Source: Planctomycetaceae bacterium
GTDB taxonomy: Bacteria > Planctomycetota > Planctomycetia > Pirellulales > Thermoguttaceae
Length of the DNA stretch: 64,000 nt
Assembly: GCA_004556055.1 (NCBI GenBank)
Contig: SFIW01000001.1
Coordinates: forward strand, 58,996-122,995
Direction of reading: 5' to 3'
In this document: positions 18,604-29,111 of the stretch, in pieces
Layout: each line of letters begins with the position of its first letter
How positions within the stretch are numbered: the first letter of the stretch is position 1
Notes under the pieces: model-generated
What the model saw: the letters and a program-made list of their open reading frames with translations, nothing else
Database searches by the model: none
What the model was told of the DNA's origin: nothing
Translations under genes and position numbers: made by a program

Positions 18604-20739
18604 ATGACGAACGTTTCTGAAGAGGGATACGACTCGAAATTTGCCGAATTGCGAGCTCGACAAGGTATAATGACGCGATTAACGCCGTTTTTAGAAGTCG
18701 CGCTGATAGTCGCCGTTTTTGTCGCGTATGGCGCATGGCCAACTCCCGACGTCAACGAGCAGTATTACGTCGGCAAGGCGATTCACTTTTGGAATCATGA
18801 TTGGCTCGGAAACGATCCTTTCCTTAATACGCCCGATTCACACTGGCTCTTTTATGCGACGTTCGGCCTCTTCTCTTTTCTCTTCTCTCAGAACGTTATG
18901 GTTTGGGTGGGGCGCGTTCTCGTTTGGTTGGCGACTGCGTGCGCTTGGCGGCGTCTCAGTCGCGTCCTGTTGCCGATTCCTTTCCTCTGCGTTTTAACCG
19001 CGATGGGGTTTGCGTTTTATTTGGAGTCTTTTCACCTCGCGGGGGAATGGATAATAGGGGGCGTCGAGGGGAAGAGCTTTGCGTTCCCGCTGGTCTTTTG
19101 GGGGTTGTCGTTCTTTTTTGAAGGAAAGTACAACCGCGGCTGGATTCTGATGGGACTGGGCGCGGCGTTTCACGCGCTCGTTGGCGGTTGGACTGTTTTG
19201 GCGTGCCTTCTATCGTGGATATTGGAGCGCCTTTTCAATCGCCGTTTACGCGGTACGAAAACCTTTTTTAAGAACTTGACGCGGATGCTTCCCGGTCTCT
19301 TGCTCGGGGGACTCGTTTCTCTTTTAGGCGTCGTTCCCGCGCTTCGTCTGGATCAGGGGGCGACCCGTGAAATCATCGCCGAGTCACGGCGGATTTATGT
19401 TTACGAACGATTGTCGCACCATCTTGTGGCGTCGTCCCTTCCATGGACCTTTCTTGGTCGTTTTTCGTGTCTCGTTTTGGCGTTCGCGCTCGTCGCGGTA
19501 TTGGGGGCGCTCCTTACGAGACGAAGGCGCGCCGAACATGACGCCGAGGCGTTGGAGGCGACTTCCGTCGAAAGAGAACGTTTTTTCAGGCTCAACGCCT
19601 TCGTATGCGCGGCGTGCCTCTTTGCCGCGTTTGGAGCAACCGTCGACTGGGGATCAAAATGGCTCGCCGAATCGGGACGCATCGCCGATTATCACGAAGC
19701 CGCCGGGATTTTAAGATATTATTGGTATAGACTCTCCGACTGGGCCGTTCCCTTCGGTTTGGTCTTTGGCGTCGCGCGTCTTGCTAAGTTCTTTTTTGAC
19801 GTTCTTTTGAAGAAGATCGACGAGAAGCGTCGCGCGGGAGACGGAACGCGTCTTCTTTACGACGCGACCGCTAGCGGCTTTTTAACGCTATTAGGCGTTC
19901 TCGCGGCGTATTGGGGGTTCCGATTCGTCTTTTATCGTCACGCAGTCGCCGTGGCGAAGGCGACTGCGACGGACGCGCTCCTGCCCCTTCCTAAACCGAC
20001 GGAGGGCCTCTCGTTCATCGCTACAGTTGATTTTTTCGGCGCGTTCCTTCTTTTGGCGCTTGCCTTTTTCTGGTTTTTCAAAGGGCGGCGTTTGTCAAAG
20101 GACGACGCGAACGTCCCGCGCGTTCCGTCGACTCCGCTCCTAACCGCTTTCATCCTTTGGGTCGCGATTATCGGGTTCGTCGGCCCTATGTGGAGACTGG
20201 CCTATTATGTCGATATGCGCGGCGTTAAGGTGATTCCGCGCAGCGCGCCGCCGAAAGAATCAATCGCCGACGGCTGGATCGACGCATGTAAGTGGGCGCG
20301 CGACAATACGCCCCAAGAAGCGGTTTTTTTAGTTCCTCGAGGATGCGAGTCTTTTAAATGGCACGCGCATCGCGCCGAGGCGGGAAATTGGAAGGAAATT
20401 CCGCAAGACGCAAAGTCAATTGTCAAATGGAATCGCAAGATGGAGCATTTCTACGCCAACCCCGGCGAGGCCAAGGATTCGCCGACGAGATGGAATCAGG
20501 CTCTGAACGTCGTCTTCATTAACAAGGGGCTGGATCGGATCCTCAAAGAAAGCGAACGTTACGGCTATCAGTACGCAGTCGTCGAAACTCCCCCGTATAC
20601 GATCTTTTCTGTTCCTGAGGCCGCGCGTCGATGGCAAATCTTCATCGACAATTGTTGCGTTTACTCCAATCCGCAATTTGTCGTCCTGAAATTGCATGAT
20701 CTTCCTTCTGAGGAGAACAATTCGTCAGCGGAAGAATAA
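18604..20739 (+). CDS. large polytopic membrane protein, GT-C-fold glycosyltransferase-like
   Basis: 711 aa. First-loop acidic motif PDVNEQYY, more than 10 TM helices, soluble C-terminal domain. Confidence 0.55.
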   Translation: MTNVSEEGYDSKFAELRARQGIMTRLTPFLEVALIVAVFVAYGAWPTPDVNEQYYVGKAIHFWNHDWLGNDPFLNTPDSHWLFYATFGLFSFLFSQNVMVWVGRVLVWLATACAWRRLSRVLLPIPFLCVLTAMGFAFYLESFHLAGEWIIGGVEGKSFAFPLVFWGLSFFFEGKYNRGWILMGLGAAFHALVGGWTVLACLLSWILERLFNRRLRGTKTFFKNLTRMLPGLLLGGLVSLLGVVPALRLDQGATREIIAESRRIYVYERLSHHLVASSLPWTFLGRFSCLVLAFALVAVLGALLTRRRRAEHDAEALEATSVERERFFRLNAFVCAACLFAAFGATVDWGSKWLAESGRIADYHEAAGILRYYWYRLSDWAVPFGLVFGVARLAKFFFDVLLKKIDEKRRAGDGTRLLYDATASGFLTLLGVLAAYWGFRFVFYRHAVAVAKATATDALLPLPKPTEGLSFIATVDFFGAFLLLALAFFWFFKGRRLSKDDANVPRVPSTPLLTAFILWVAIIGFVGPMWRLAYYVDMRGVKVIPRSAPPKESIADGWIDACKWARDNTPQEAVFLVPRGCESFKWHAHRAEAGNWKEIPQDAKSIVKWNRKMEHFYANPGEAKDSPTRWNQALNVVFINKGLDRILKESERYGYQYAVVETPPYTIFSVPEAARRWQIFIDNCCVYSNPQFVVLKLHDLPSEENNSSAEE

Positions 20740-20767
20740 CGACGATTAAAAGCGCGTCGACCTGAGA

Positions 20768-20808
20768 CAACATAAAAGCGTTCTCTTGCGGAGAACGCTT
20801 TTATGTTG
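20768..20808. terminator. bidirectional terminator, perfect 18-bp inverted repeat
   Basis: CAACATAAAAGCGTTCTC (20768-20785), 5-nt loop, GAGAACGCTTTTATGTTG (20791-20808). Sits between convergent genes. Confidence 0.75.
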
Positions 20809-20874
20809 CGTACGTTAAAACAAAGAAAGCTAAACTGGTCGTTCGCCGATTATAACCCGCTGTCGAAGAACGCG

Positions 20875-21432
20875 TTAAGGCGTTCGCAGACGCCGCTGTT
20901 CTTTCGGTATGAAAAAGCGGCTCGTGTCGACTTTCTCTAGCGCCAGCAAGCGACTCTTCTTATCTAGCCCTCCTGCATATCCTGTTAGAGAGCCGTTGGC
21001 GCCTACGACTCGGTGACAGGGAATAATGATCGAAATCTCATTATGTCCTATCGCTCCGCCGACCGCTTGCGCCGACGTCCGATCGACTCCCAGCGTCGTT
21101 TTTAATTGACGCGCGATTTCGCCATACGTCGTCGTTTCCCCGTAGGGTATGCCCAAAAGAAGATTCCAAACGGCAAGTCGAAAAACAGTTCCTTGCGGGC
21201 GCAGCGGAGGGGTGAAATCAGGTTCCACTCCTTTGAAGTAGAGGTCGAGCCAGCGAACGGTATCGGAGAGAATCGGCGTTTTCCTTTTCGAATGGTTCTC
21301 TGGTAGAGAATTCGCATAAAACTTTTCGCCTTCAAACCATAGACCGATTAATCCGAGATCGTCCGCAGCTATTAGAATAACTCCCAGGGGCGAGTCGTAA
21401 TTCCAGACGGAGACCGTCGGAGAAAGCGTCAT
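20875..21432 (-). CDS. ogt: methylated-DNA--protein-cysteine methyltransferase
   Basis: Active-site IIIPCHRVV. The ATG at 21432 forms an ATGA overlap with the stop of the upstream gene. Confidence 0.85.
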   Translation of the reverse strand: MTLSPTVSVWNYDSPLGVILIAADDLGLIGLWFEGEKFYANSLPENHSKRKTPILSDTVRWLDLYFKGVEPDFTPPLRPQGTVFRLAVWNLLLGIPYGETTTYGEIARQLKTTLGVDRTSAQAVGGAIGHNEISIIIPCHRVVGANGSLTGYAGGLDKKSRLLALEKVDTSRFFIPKEQRRLRTP

Positions 21433-23675
21433 AGAGGACGGCTGAATCCTTCCCATTTAACGTTCCATCCTTCAGGGAATCCAGGCGCAGAATCACCAGA
21501 TTTAGGTAGGGGAGCGTCTCCTTCGGTTTCCGCAAATCCGACGCACATTCCAGCGACGGCATGGAGAAGTCCGCCGTTTCCGGGCAGATAGGGACCGGAA
21601 CCTCCGTCTCTGCTAGGACCGCCAAGATTTACGCCGAGCGCGTTAAAGACATTCTTGCTCGAGTTGGTAAAGAGCGCCTCAATCGCGAGATCGGGTCGTC
21701 CTAATCTTGCTCCTTCCATCGCCGCCATGGGATAATCCCACCCCCACGTGCGATCCCATTGCCACTCTTTTAGGACGCGTTCAAGGGTTCGTTCCGCAGT
21801 CGCTTTGTCGACAAATTTCGTCGGGGGAACGACTCCGTAAATACCAACAAGATCGGGATGTTCCCAATTCCAGTTCTCAAACGTGTCGAGCCACTCGGGT
21901 GAACGAACATAAACGCCGTCTTGTTGAGGGAGCGGCGAAAGATGTTCGACGATTTCCGTCCATTGATCGTTGGGGGCTTCGCCGAGTCGTTCTCGCCATT
22001 GATTCGCCTTGTCGAGTCCCCAGCGCCAATACTCCAGGTCAAAAAGGTCGTCGCGAGTGAATCCTACTTCGCTTGGGGGCATCGCGGGGTCAAGGTGATA
22101 AACGCCTTGTTCGTCTTTTGTGGCGAAATCAGCCATGTGGACTGCGGTTCCTTCGACGATATCCGCCCACTTCTCGAGGGTTTCGCGCGTAGGAGAATAC
22201 AGGTAATCCATCTCGGCAAAATAGATTGGGTGAGGTTGTTTCCACAGAAGCGCTAGGTTTCCTTCCCAAGGGGCGGTGCGTCCGTCGGGCGCGACTTCTT
22301 TTTGCCATTTATACCCTTGATAATCAAGTTGCTCGGCTAATAACTTAGCGCCGTCTTTGATTTTATCGAAGATTCGAATCGACTTTTGCGCATATTCGAC
22401 GCGATTCCAGCTCCACCAGTGAATCATGTGCCACCAGACCATTTCCATATGGAAACGACCGCTCCAAGGACAAATGGCGAGGAGTCCGGACTCCGAACAT
22501 GGCCAGCTTCCCGTCGCGTTGACGCCCATAAGGAATTGCGAGAGAACGATGCGACGTTCCAGCTCGAACCAGCGCGGGTCGGAACTACCGGAAAGATCGA
22601 TCGCCGCGCCGGAGTTCCAATATTTCTCCCATCGCGCGCGCGATTGAGACTCAATATCGGAGAAAGAGACATGGGGAGAGGATACGACTGAGTCGTCGCA
22701 AATTTTTTCTGAATAATCGCCGCCGTCAAAGGAGATCGTCAACTCGAGAGAATCGTTAGCGGCGGCGTCGACATGAATCGACGAGTTCCCTTCGGACGTC
22801 GCGACCTTTCCTCCAAGGGCGTCCACGCGGATCGCGTATGAATAATCGCCGACGACGCCTTCGTTATATTCGTTTTTGAGTTCGCGTTTTAAAATAACGG
22901 ATGAAACGTTTTCCGGAAGATTGGACGGGGTGGTGAACGAATAAGGCGTTTGAGGCGCGGAGTCGCTAAAATTGCCGGTCCATGGGCCGTTCGTGAGATC
23001 CGGATAAGGGACTGAAATCGCGATCGACAGATCACCCGAGGCAAGAAGCGCGGAATTCACTTTAATCGCAACGGTCGAATCGAGTTCCACGTCGTCGCCG
23101 ATACATGTCGTCACTTCGACTTTTTCTCCATTGACGACGAAGGTCGTTTGGTGAATTCCCGTCCACGGATCGAGAGTTCGTTCGTACTGCGACGCGGTGT
23201 TAGCGTCAAGCGCTTTTCCGTCCGAACCAACGAATTGAACTCGAGCAAGATTCATTTGACTTGGCGTCTGACGATGCCACGCGTAAAGATCCATCTTGTC
23301 GCTCGGCCAGGAATCTTTCCCTTTCAGTCGTCCCTGCCAATACGTTCCGGTGAGCGTAACGTCTTTCCACGTTCGAGCGTTCGGGAGGGGAGTGGAGAAC
23401 CAGCCCCAATGGGAAAGGACGTCCCCTTTGAAGGTTTGGAGGCCTGTTCCGTCGACGTTGAAACAAAGATTGCCGTTTCCCACGGGCAGAAGGAGCGTCG
23501 GGTCGTCCGTCTTAACGACGTGACGCGCTACGATCTCCTGTCGATTTAGAGGCTTCGTTAGTTCCGCCGCAACGGATACGACGTTTGACGCCAATAAGGC
23601 TCCCGTCATGAGAAGAAAGAAGGGCGCTAATCGGCGTCGTCTCTTTGGGAGAGAAAAGATTCTTAGTTGTTTCAT
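21429..23675 (-). CDS. secreted (alpha/alpha)6-type glycoside hydrolase-like protein (GH95/GH65-like, tentative)
   Basis: Signal peptide. N-terminal PVGNGNL motif. Trp-rich central region (GRFHMEMVWWHMIHWW). Confidence 0.55.
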   Translation of the reverse strand: MKQLRIFSLPKRRRRLAPFFLLMTGALLASNVVSVAAELTKPLNRQEIVARHVVKTDDPTLLLPVGNGNLCFNVDGTGLQTFKGDVLSHWGWFSTPLPNARTWKDVTLTGTYWQGRLKGKDSWPSDKMDLYAWHRQTPSQMNLARVQFVGSDGKALDANTASQYERTLDPWTGIHQTTFVVNGEKVEVTTCIGDDVELDSTVAIKVNSALLASGDLSIAISVPYPDLTNGPWTGNFSDSAPQTPYSFTTPSNLPENVSSVILKRELKNEYNEGVVGDYSYAIRVDALGGKVATSEGNSSIHVDAAANDSLELTISFDGGDYSEKICDDSVVSSPHVSFSDIESQSRARWEKYWNSGAAIDLSGSSDPRWFELERRIVLSQFLMGVNATGSWPCSESGLLAICPWSGRFHMEMVWWHMIHWWSWNRVEYAQKSIRIFDKIKDGAKLLAEQLDYQGYKWQKEVAPDGRTAPWEGNLALLWKQPHPIYFAEMDYLYSPTRETLEKWADIVEGTAVHMADFATKDEQGVYHLDPAMPPSEVGFTRDDLFDLEYWRWGLDKANQWRERLGEAPNDQWTEIVEHLSPLPQQDGVYVRSPEWLDTFENWNWEHPDLVGIYGVVPPTKFVDKATAERTLERVLKEWQWDRTWGWDYPMAAMEGARLGRPDLAIEALFTNSSKNVFNALGVNLGGPSRDGGSGPYLPGNGGLLHAVAGMCVGFAETEGDAPLPKSGDSAPGFPEGWNVKWEGFSRPL

Positions 23676-23687
23676 TTTCTTATTGCT

Positions 23688-24830
23688 TTAGTCGCTAGGG
23701 TTGATCTTTTTCGAAGTGGCGAGGGCGATGCAGCGTCCCTCCGTTCCTACTGCGTTGTAAAAATGGTAAACGACGCCGTTGTGCTTAACGACCCATGGCT
23801 TATGCGCAAAGGTTTGATCGAAAGGCTCCGAGGGCTCGACAAGGTGCGGTCCTTCCCATTTTCGCCAGCTTTTGAGATCGCGCGATACCGCAAAGGTTTC
23901 AAAAGCGTTCGGCTTCCAGAAGGCGCCAAAGTAAAACATCACCCAAAGATCGCCGATCTTGACAACTTGCGGATCGCCTGAAATTCCCGAATGATTGTCG
24001 ATCACCGGTTGCGTCCCATAGCGTTTCCAGTTTTTCATATCGCGAGAAACGGCGATTCCGATTCTCTCAATAGAGCTTCCCGTCGCCGTCGACTTTCCGT
24101 TGTAGAAGCACACAAAGGGATAACCGAGCGTTTCGTCGCGATCCCAAATGACAGAAGTTTTATACATCGTCGTTTTTTCAAAGTCGCGCGCGTCGGGATC
24201 CTCCGGCGTCATGATCGGATCGGCAAGACGAGTCCATTCTTTGGCGGAAGTTGGATCAGACGTGTAGGCGAGCCCTATTTTTAAGGGATCCGGTTCATAA
24301 CCTTTTCCTGCGCCGCCGATATACGTAAACCAATATTTTCCATCATAGGGATGAATTTCATAACCGCCCCCCCATTCATGATCTACAAGCGCCGCCGAAG
24401 GGGAACATTGCCAGGCGTCCCAGCCTTTTTCTCGAAATGGCGCGACCGTTCCGCAAGAGGTCCAGTGAAGAAGATCAGGGCTCTTCGCGAGTCGCGCGAT
24501 GTAGCCCGTCCCGCGGAGAAAACGAAGGTATATCATATACCAGACGTCGTTGACGCGGAAAATATTGGGAGAGTCGACGGGATCGCCGTCCTCTTGGGGA
24601 AGAACGATTCCGTATTTGTACGGGGTTTTAATCTCTTCGTAGATCGCCTTCATTTCATCGTCTGTCACGTCGGAAGGCGTTGAGAGATCCGCCTCGATCG
24701 GACTGTCGTTTTCCGCGGCAAATAGCGTGGAGGAGGGGATCTTAAAAGAAGGGAGCGCGCTTATGAGGCCCAACGAGGCAAGGCTTCCGAGGAAGTTGCG
24801 TCGCGAGTTGATTAAGAGATTCTTTTCCAT
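23688..24830 (-). CDS. Tat-signal five-bladed beta-propeller glycosidase-like protein (GH43/GH130/GH32 clan, tentative)
   Basis: The start at ATG 24830 gives MEKNLLINSRRNFLGSLASLGL (Tat-like). Repeated W..Y/F blade motifs. Confidence 0.55.
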   Translation of the reverse strand: MEKNLLINSRRNFLGSLASLGLISALPSFKIPSSTLFAAENDSPIEADLSTPSDVTDDEMKAIYEEIKTPYKYGIVLPQEDGDPVDSPNIFRVNDVWYMIYLRFLRGTGYIARLAKSPDLLHWTSCGTVAPFREKGWDAWQCSPSAALVDHEWGGGYEIHPYDGKYWFTYIGGAGKGYEPDPLKIGLAYTSDPTSAKEWTRLADPIMTPEDPDARDFEKTTMYKTSVIWDRDETLGYPFVCFYNGKSTATGSSIERIGIAVSRDMKNWKRYGTQPVIDNHSGISGDPQVVKIGDLWVMFYFGAFWKPNAFETFAVSRDLKSWRKWEGPHLVEPSEPFDQTFAHKPWVVKHNGVVYHFYNAVGTEGRCIALATSKKINPSD

Positions 24831-24904
24831 TTGTTTTCTTCTGATGTAGTGGGATAAAAGGATAGTTACTGGCTTGATTATCAAGATTTAGATGCGGACG
24901 TCAA

Positions 24905-24938
24905 GAAAAAACAAGCCGCGCGACATGCGCGCGCGGCT
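24905..24938 (-). terminator. secDF intrinsic terminator
   Basis: AGCCGCGCG (24914-24922) / CGCGCGGCT (24930-24938). The minus strand follows it with TGTTTTTTC. Confidence 0.65.
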
Positions 24939-24974
24939 GTTTAAAGGAAAGACAAGTCTTTATCTACGCTTCGC

Positions 24975-27900
24975 TTAGTTTTTGGTGCGAAGGGAAGGCG
25001 TCTTCGACTGCTGACGCTGAAGGAGCCAGTAGAGGAACGGCGCGCAGATGAAGATGGAGCTGTACGTACCGACGATCACGCCCACGAGCATCGCGAAGGC
25101 GAAGGTGTGAATTCCCGCGCCGCCGAAGCAGTAGAGAACGAGGACGGAGAAGAGGGTCGTGCAGGAGGTGAGGAGCGTACGAGTCAAGCATTGATTCGTC
25201 GCTTTGTTGATGATCTCTTTCGTCAACGCTTCAGATTTGCCGCGAACTTCGCGCATACGGTCAAAGAGAACGATCGTGTCGTTCAAGGAGTAACCGATGA
25301 GCGTGAGGAACGCCGCGACGGTGGAAAGACCAATCTTAAATTGGACGATTCCAAGGAAGGCGAGGAAGGAGGCAAGCCAGTAGCTCAACGCGACCAGACC
25401 CAAGGTGAAGCAAACGTCGTGAATCAAACCGACGACCGCAGAGAGACCGAAAACCGCGCGACGGAATCTGAACCAGAGGTAAGCGATGATTCCGACAAGG
25501 CTTCCCAAGATCGCGAGAATACCTTGAACGCGCGCGTAACCCGCGACGGAAGAACCAACGGTGTTGGAAGCTTCGAAAACGGACTGTTCTGAGACGGCTG
25601 CCTGAGCCTTCTGAGCGAGTTCCGTGACGGCGGCGACGTCGGAGGAATGGAAAACCACGTTCCAGTCGGTCGACGCGGCGTCCGAACCCGATTGATACGC
25701 TTCATTGGTAACGTCGAAGGTCAAATCGGAATCTTCTCCGAGGACGTCGGAGAAGTAACCCTCGACGACTTCGCGACCAAGAGCCGGATTCGTTTTGACG
25801 GCGACGGTGATCTGAGATTCAGGAGTCGTGGCTCCGGAAGGAATAACCTCGGCGACTTCGCCGACCGTGTACTCCATGGTGTAACGACGAAGCTTATCCG
25901 TGAATTTTTCCTTGAGCATCTGTTCGACTTGCAGACGGAACTCGTCGGCCTGGACGTCGGTCGGGCACGAAGCGCTGATCGTATAGCACGTTCCAGGCTT
26001 GACTTCGTTGCCGTCGCGATCTTTCGCCAAAGAGAGTTCGCTGACGGAGAGGTCGGGAAGTTCGCTGAGGTTGGAACGAATCTCGGAAATCTGGACGGGT
26101 TCGGTGAAGACGGTCTGGATTTCCACGCCGCCGACGAAGTCGACGTCGAAGATACCTTTACCGCGCGCGCAAACGGCGACGAGACCAATGACGATAATCG
26201 CGATCGAAATCTTGTAGAACTTCTTGGCATAGGTGAAGAAGTCGAAATTCGGAGCTTTAAAGGGCTTCAAACCGGGAATGATGGGATTGACGCAGTTCTT
26301 GGTGAGCCAACCGGCCTTTTCACAGGATTGGAAGATGATGCGGCAAACGTAAGTTGCGGTGAACATGCTGAAGAGAACGCCGAGGAAAAGGGTGACGGCG
26401 AAGCTTCTGATCTGCTCGGAACCAACTAGGTAAAGGATGCCGGCGGTGAGCATCGTGGTGACGTTCGAGTCGACAATCGCCGACAACGCGCGCTGATAAC
26501 CGTTTCGAATCGCCATGCGGAGAGTCGCGCCGCCCTGAAGTTCTTCACGAATACGCTCGAAAATAAGGATGTTGGCGTCGACGGCCATACCGACGGTCAG
26601 GACGAGACCTGCAAGACCGGGGAGGGTGAACGCGGCGCGAATCGCGATCATCGAGGCAAGGATGAGCACGAGGTTGAGGAAGACCGCGAACGCGGCGACG
26701 AGACCGCCGTAACCATAGTAAGCGATCATGAAGAGGAGGACTAGGACGCCGCCCCAAAGAAGCGCGTTCTTACCCTTGGCGATCGTATCGGCGCCGAGCG
26801 TCGGGCCGGTAACCATCTTCGTGACGGGCTTGGAGGATAACGTCGCGGGGAGAACGCCGGCGTGCATGACGGCGATCAAGTCGCTGACTTCTCCTTCGAT
26901 GCGCTTACGCGACTCAGGAGAGAGGTCGTCGCCGAAGGTGATCTGTCCGCGATCGCTAATCGTGCTCTGAATGTTAGGAGCGTTGAAAAGTCTGTTGTTG
27001 AAAACGACGCCAAGCTGTCGGCCCTGGTTGCGACCGGAACCGGCCTTATAACGTTCAGTGAGGCGCTGCATATTCTTGGCGCCTTCGGGACGCATCGAGA
27101 AAACGACTTCCGGCTCGCCCATTGAGCCAAAGCTTTGCTGGACGTATTCGATATGATTACCGTTGACGTCGTAACCCTCGGCAAGTTCAAGAACGAGAAC
27201 GTCGTAGAGGGGGACGGAATCCGTGCCGATCTCGTCTTCTCTGGGCTTATATTGGCTCGGACGAGCGACGCAATCTTGACGAATGACGTTCGTTTGAGTC
27301 GGGTCGACAGGGAGCCACGTAGCTCCGACGACGACGCCGTCTCCGAGAGTAACGTCGTCAAGCTTTAAGCTCTGTTCGTGTTCGTACTCGGGGCGACGAG
27401 CCTCTTCGATGATTCTCTTTTCGCCCGCGTCGGTGGAAGCGGTCGAAGCGAGAATACGGAATTTCAATTGACCCGTGTCGTTGATGACGCGTTCAAGACG
27501 AGCGACTTCGACGTCGTCCGCTTCTGGAATCGTGATTTTGATCTCGGTGTTGGCGCCAAGCTCTTGAATCGCGATTTCACGCACGCCGCTGGGGTTGACG
27601 CGCTTCATAATCGCTTCTTTAAGCCCGTTCATGTCCTCGTTGGTAACGACGTCGTGCCCGGATTCTTTGTTAGGAGAAACCGAGTACACGAGGATAGATC
27701 CGCCTCGCAGATCGACGCCAAGGTTGACTCGGTGCTCTAGGAGACCTTTGACGGAAGAGATCGTGGCGCCCAGTAGGCAGAAGCAGATAATGAAATACCC
27801 GAAGGCGTTTTCGGGCATACGGAATTTTGCGGAGCAAGCGCGTGAAAAGAAGAAGGAAACGACGCAGAGGAGCACGAACAATCCGAAAATGATAATTCGC

Positions 27901-28211
27901 TGCGTCATAGCGCCGTCTTTAACTTCGGCAACCGTTGTTTCGGAAGCGACGGGCGCTTGGGTTTGATCCGATTCGGACGCGACCTCTTCCTGCGGCTGAG
28001 CGGCGTCGGCGACGGATGAATCATCGGAAGGCGCCGATTCTTCGACTGCGTCCGCTTCGGGGACGACAGCGTTATCGGTCGCGACGGCGGTTGCTTCTGC
28101 AACTGGTTCGTCTTGCGCGTAAGTCGCCGTCGACGATATGCCGACGCCGAGCGCTAACAACGTGACAAGGCCTAAGAACATAGACCTCAGCGAAAGTTTT
28201 TCGTTAGTCAT
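24975..28211 (-). CDS. secDF: fused protein-export membrane protein SecDF
   Basis: LGVDLRGGS SecD start motif, two 6-TM RND-like halves, SecF-like C-terminal half. Start uncertain: ATG 28211, TTG 28220, or the internal ATGs at 27908 and 27818. Confidence 0.9.
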   Translation of the reverse strand: MTNEKLSLRSMFLGLVTLLALGVGISSTATYAQDEPVAEATAVATDNAVVPEADAVEESAPSDDSSVADAAQPQEEVASESDQTQAPVASETTVAEVKDGAMTQRIIIFGLFVLLCVVSFFFSRACSAKFRMPENAFGYFIICFCLLGATISSVKGLLEHRVNLGVDLRGGSILVYSVSPNKESGHDVVTNEDMNGLKEAIMKRVNPSGVREIAIQELGANTEIKITIPEADDVEVARLERVINDTGQLKFRILASTASTDAGEKRIIEEARRPEYEHEQSLKLDDVTLGDGVVVGATWLPVDPTQTNVIRQDCVARPSQYKPREDEIGTDSVPLYDVLVLELAEGYDVNGNHIEYVQQSFGSMGEPEVVFSMRPEGAKNMQRLTERYKAGSGRNQGRQLGVVFNNRLFNAPNIQSTISDRGQITFGDDLSPESRKRIEGEVSDLIAVMHAGVLPATLSSKPVTKMVTGPTLGADTIAKGKNALLWGGVLVLLFMIAYYGYGGLVAAFAVFLNLVLILASMIAIRAAFTLPGLAGLVLTVGMAVDANILIFERIREELQGGATLRMAIRNGYQRALSAIVDSNVTTMLTAGILYLVGSEQIRSFAVTLFLGVLFSMFTATYVCRIIFQSCEKAGWLTKNCVNPIIPGLKPFKAPNFDFFTYAKKFYKISIAIIVIGLVAVCARGKGIFDVDFVGGVEIQTVFTEPVQISEIRSNLSELPDLSVSELSLAKDRDGNEVKPGTCYTISASCPTDVQADEFRLQVEQMLKEKFTDKLRRYTMEYTVGEVAEVIPSGATTPESQITVAVKTNPALGREVVEGYFSDVLGEDSDLTFDVTNEAYQSGSDAASTDWNVVFHSSDVAAVTELAQKAQAAVSEQSVFEASNTVGSSVAGYARVQGILAILGSLVGIIAYLWFRFRRAVFGLSAVVGLIHDVCFTLGLVALSYWLASFLAFLGIVQFKIGLSTVAAFLTLIGYSLNDTIVLFDRMREVRGKSEALTKEIINKATNQCLTRTLLTSCTTLFSVLVLYCFGGAGIHTFAFAMLVGVIVGTYSSIFICAPFLYWLLQRQQSKTPSLRTKN

Positions 28212-28383
28212 TTGGGTCAAAATAGCTATGAGTTACACGTGTTTTCCCGACGCGTTCTTGTGCGACCGATCCGCGTGCGAACGGACGCGGGAAAACCGCG
28301 TCAATCGGGTTAAAAAATTACAACGCGCCGAGTTCTGCCCGGCGTATTGGCTCAGAATATCTGTTACGACGGATTGAAAAGGT

Positions 28384-28773
28384 TTATTTTTTCGATTTAT
28401 CCTTTTCCTTATCCTTTTCCGCCGTTTCCTTGTTGAAAACGTAATAAACCGAAGAGATCGCAAAGTGAACTTTAACGTTGTTGTTATCGTCGACTCTCAA
28501 AACGACTTCTCCCGCCTGACGGTCAATCGAATAAACAGTTCCGATGACGCCGCCAGTCGTAAGGACGCGGTCGTTGATCTTTATCGAATCGAGAAGCTTC
28601 TGCATCTGTTTGTCGCGCGATTTCGCCGGCAAAATGAAAATGAAGAAGAGCGCGATCAAAACGACAAAAATCATAAGAACCGCCTGGAAGGGCCCGCTTC
28701 CGGCAGGCGCAGCCGTTGGCTCCGCATCCATGAAGAGCGACGCCGCAACGGCGTTCAACAACAAGACGTTCAT
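28384..28773 (-). CDS. yajC: preprotein translocase subunit YajC
   Basis: The ATG at 28773 follows AAAGGAAG. Single TM followed by RDKQMQKLLDSIKINDRVLTTGGVIGTV. Confidence 0.85.
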   Translation of the reverse strand: MNVLLLNAVAASLFMDAEPTAAPAGSGPFQAVLMIFVVLIALFFIFILPAKSRDKQMQKLLDSIKINDRVLTTGGVIGTVYSIDRQAGEVVLRVDDNNNVKVHFAISSVYYVFNKETAEKDKEKDKSKK

Positions 28774-29111
28774 AGTCTTCCTTTCTACAAAATAGACGTC
28801 GAAACGAGCGCTAAATCCTTCGCGTCGCAATACTTCGATCATAGGCGGCGCCAGCGGTCGCCTAAAATCCACTTTTTATCGAACTTAAACTATAATCATA
28901 CTATTGAAACGCTTTAGATTCAAGGGCCCAAGGCGTAATTATGACCGTTTTTTCTTCTATATGTTTCTTTTTCGATATTACTTTTGAAAAAAATGTTTAT
29001 TTTTTACGAATATGCATTATGTAGCGGCTTGCGCTGAATTGACGTTGCGTCGGAACTCCTTTTTGGTTAACTTTCTTCCATAAGACGCAGCGTTACCGCT
29101 TGCGCCTACAA

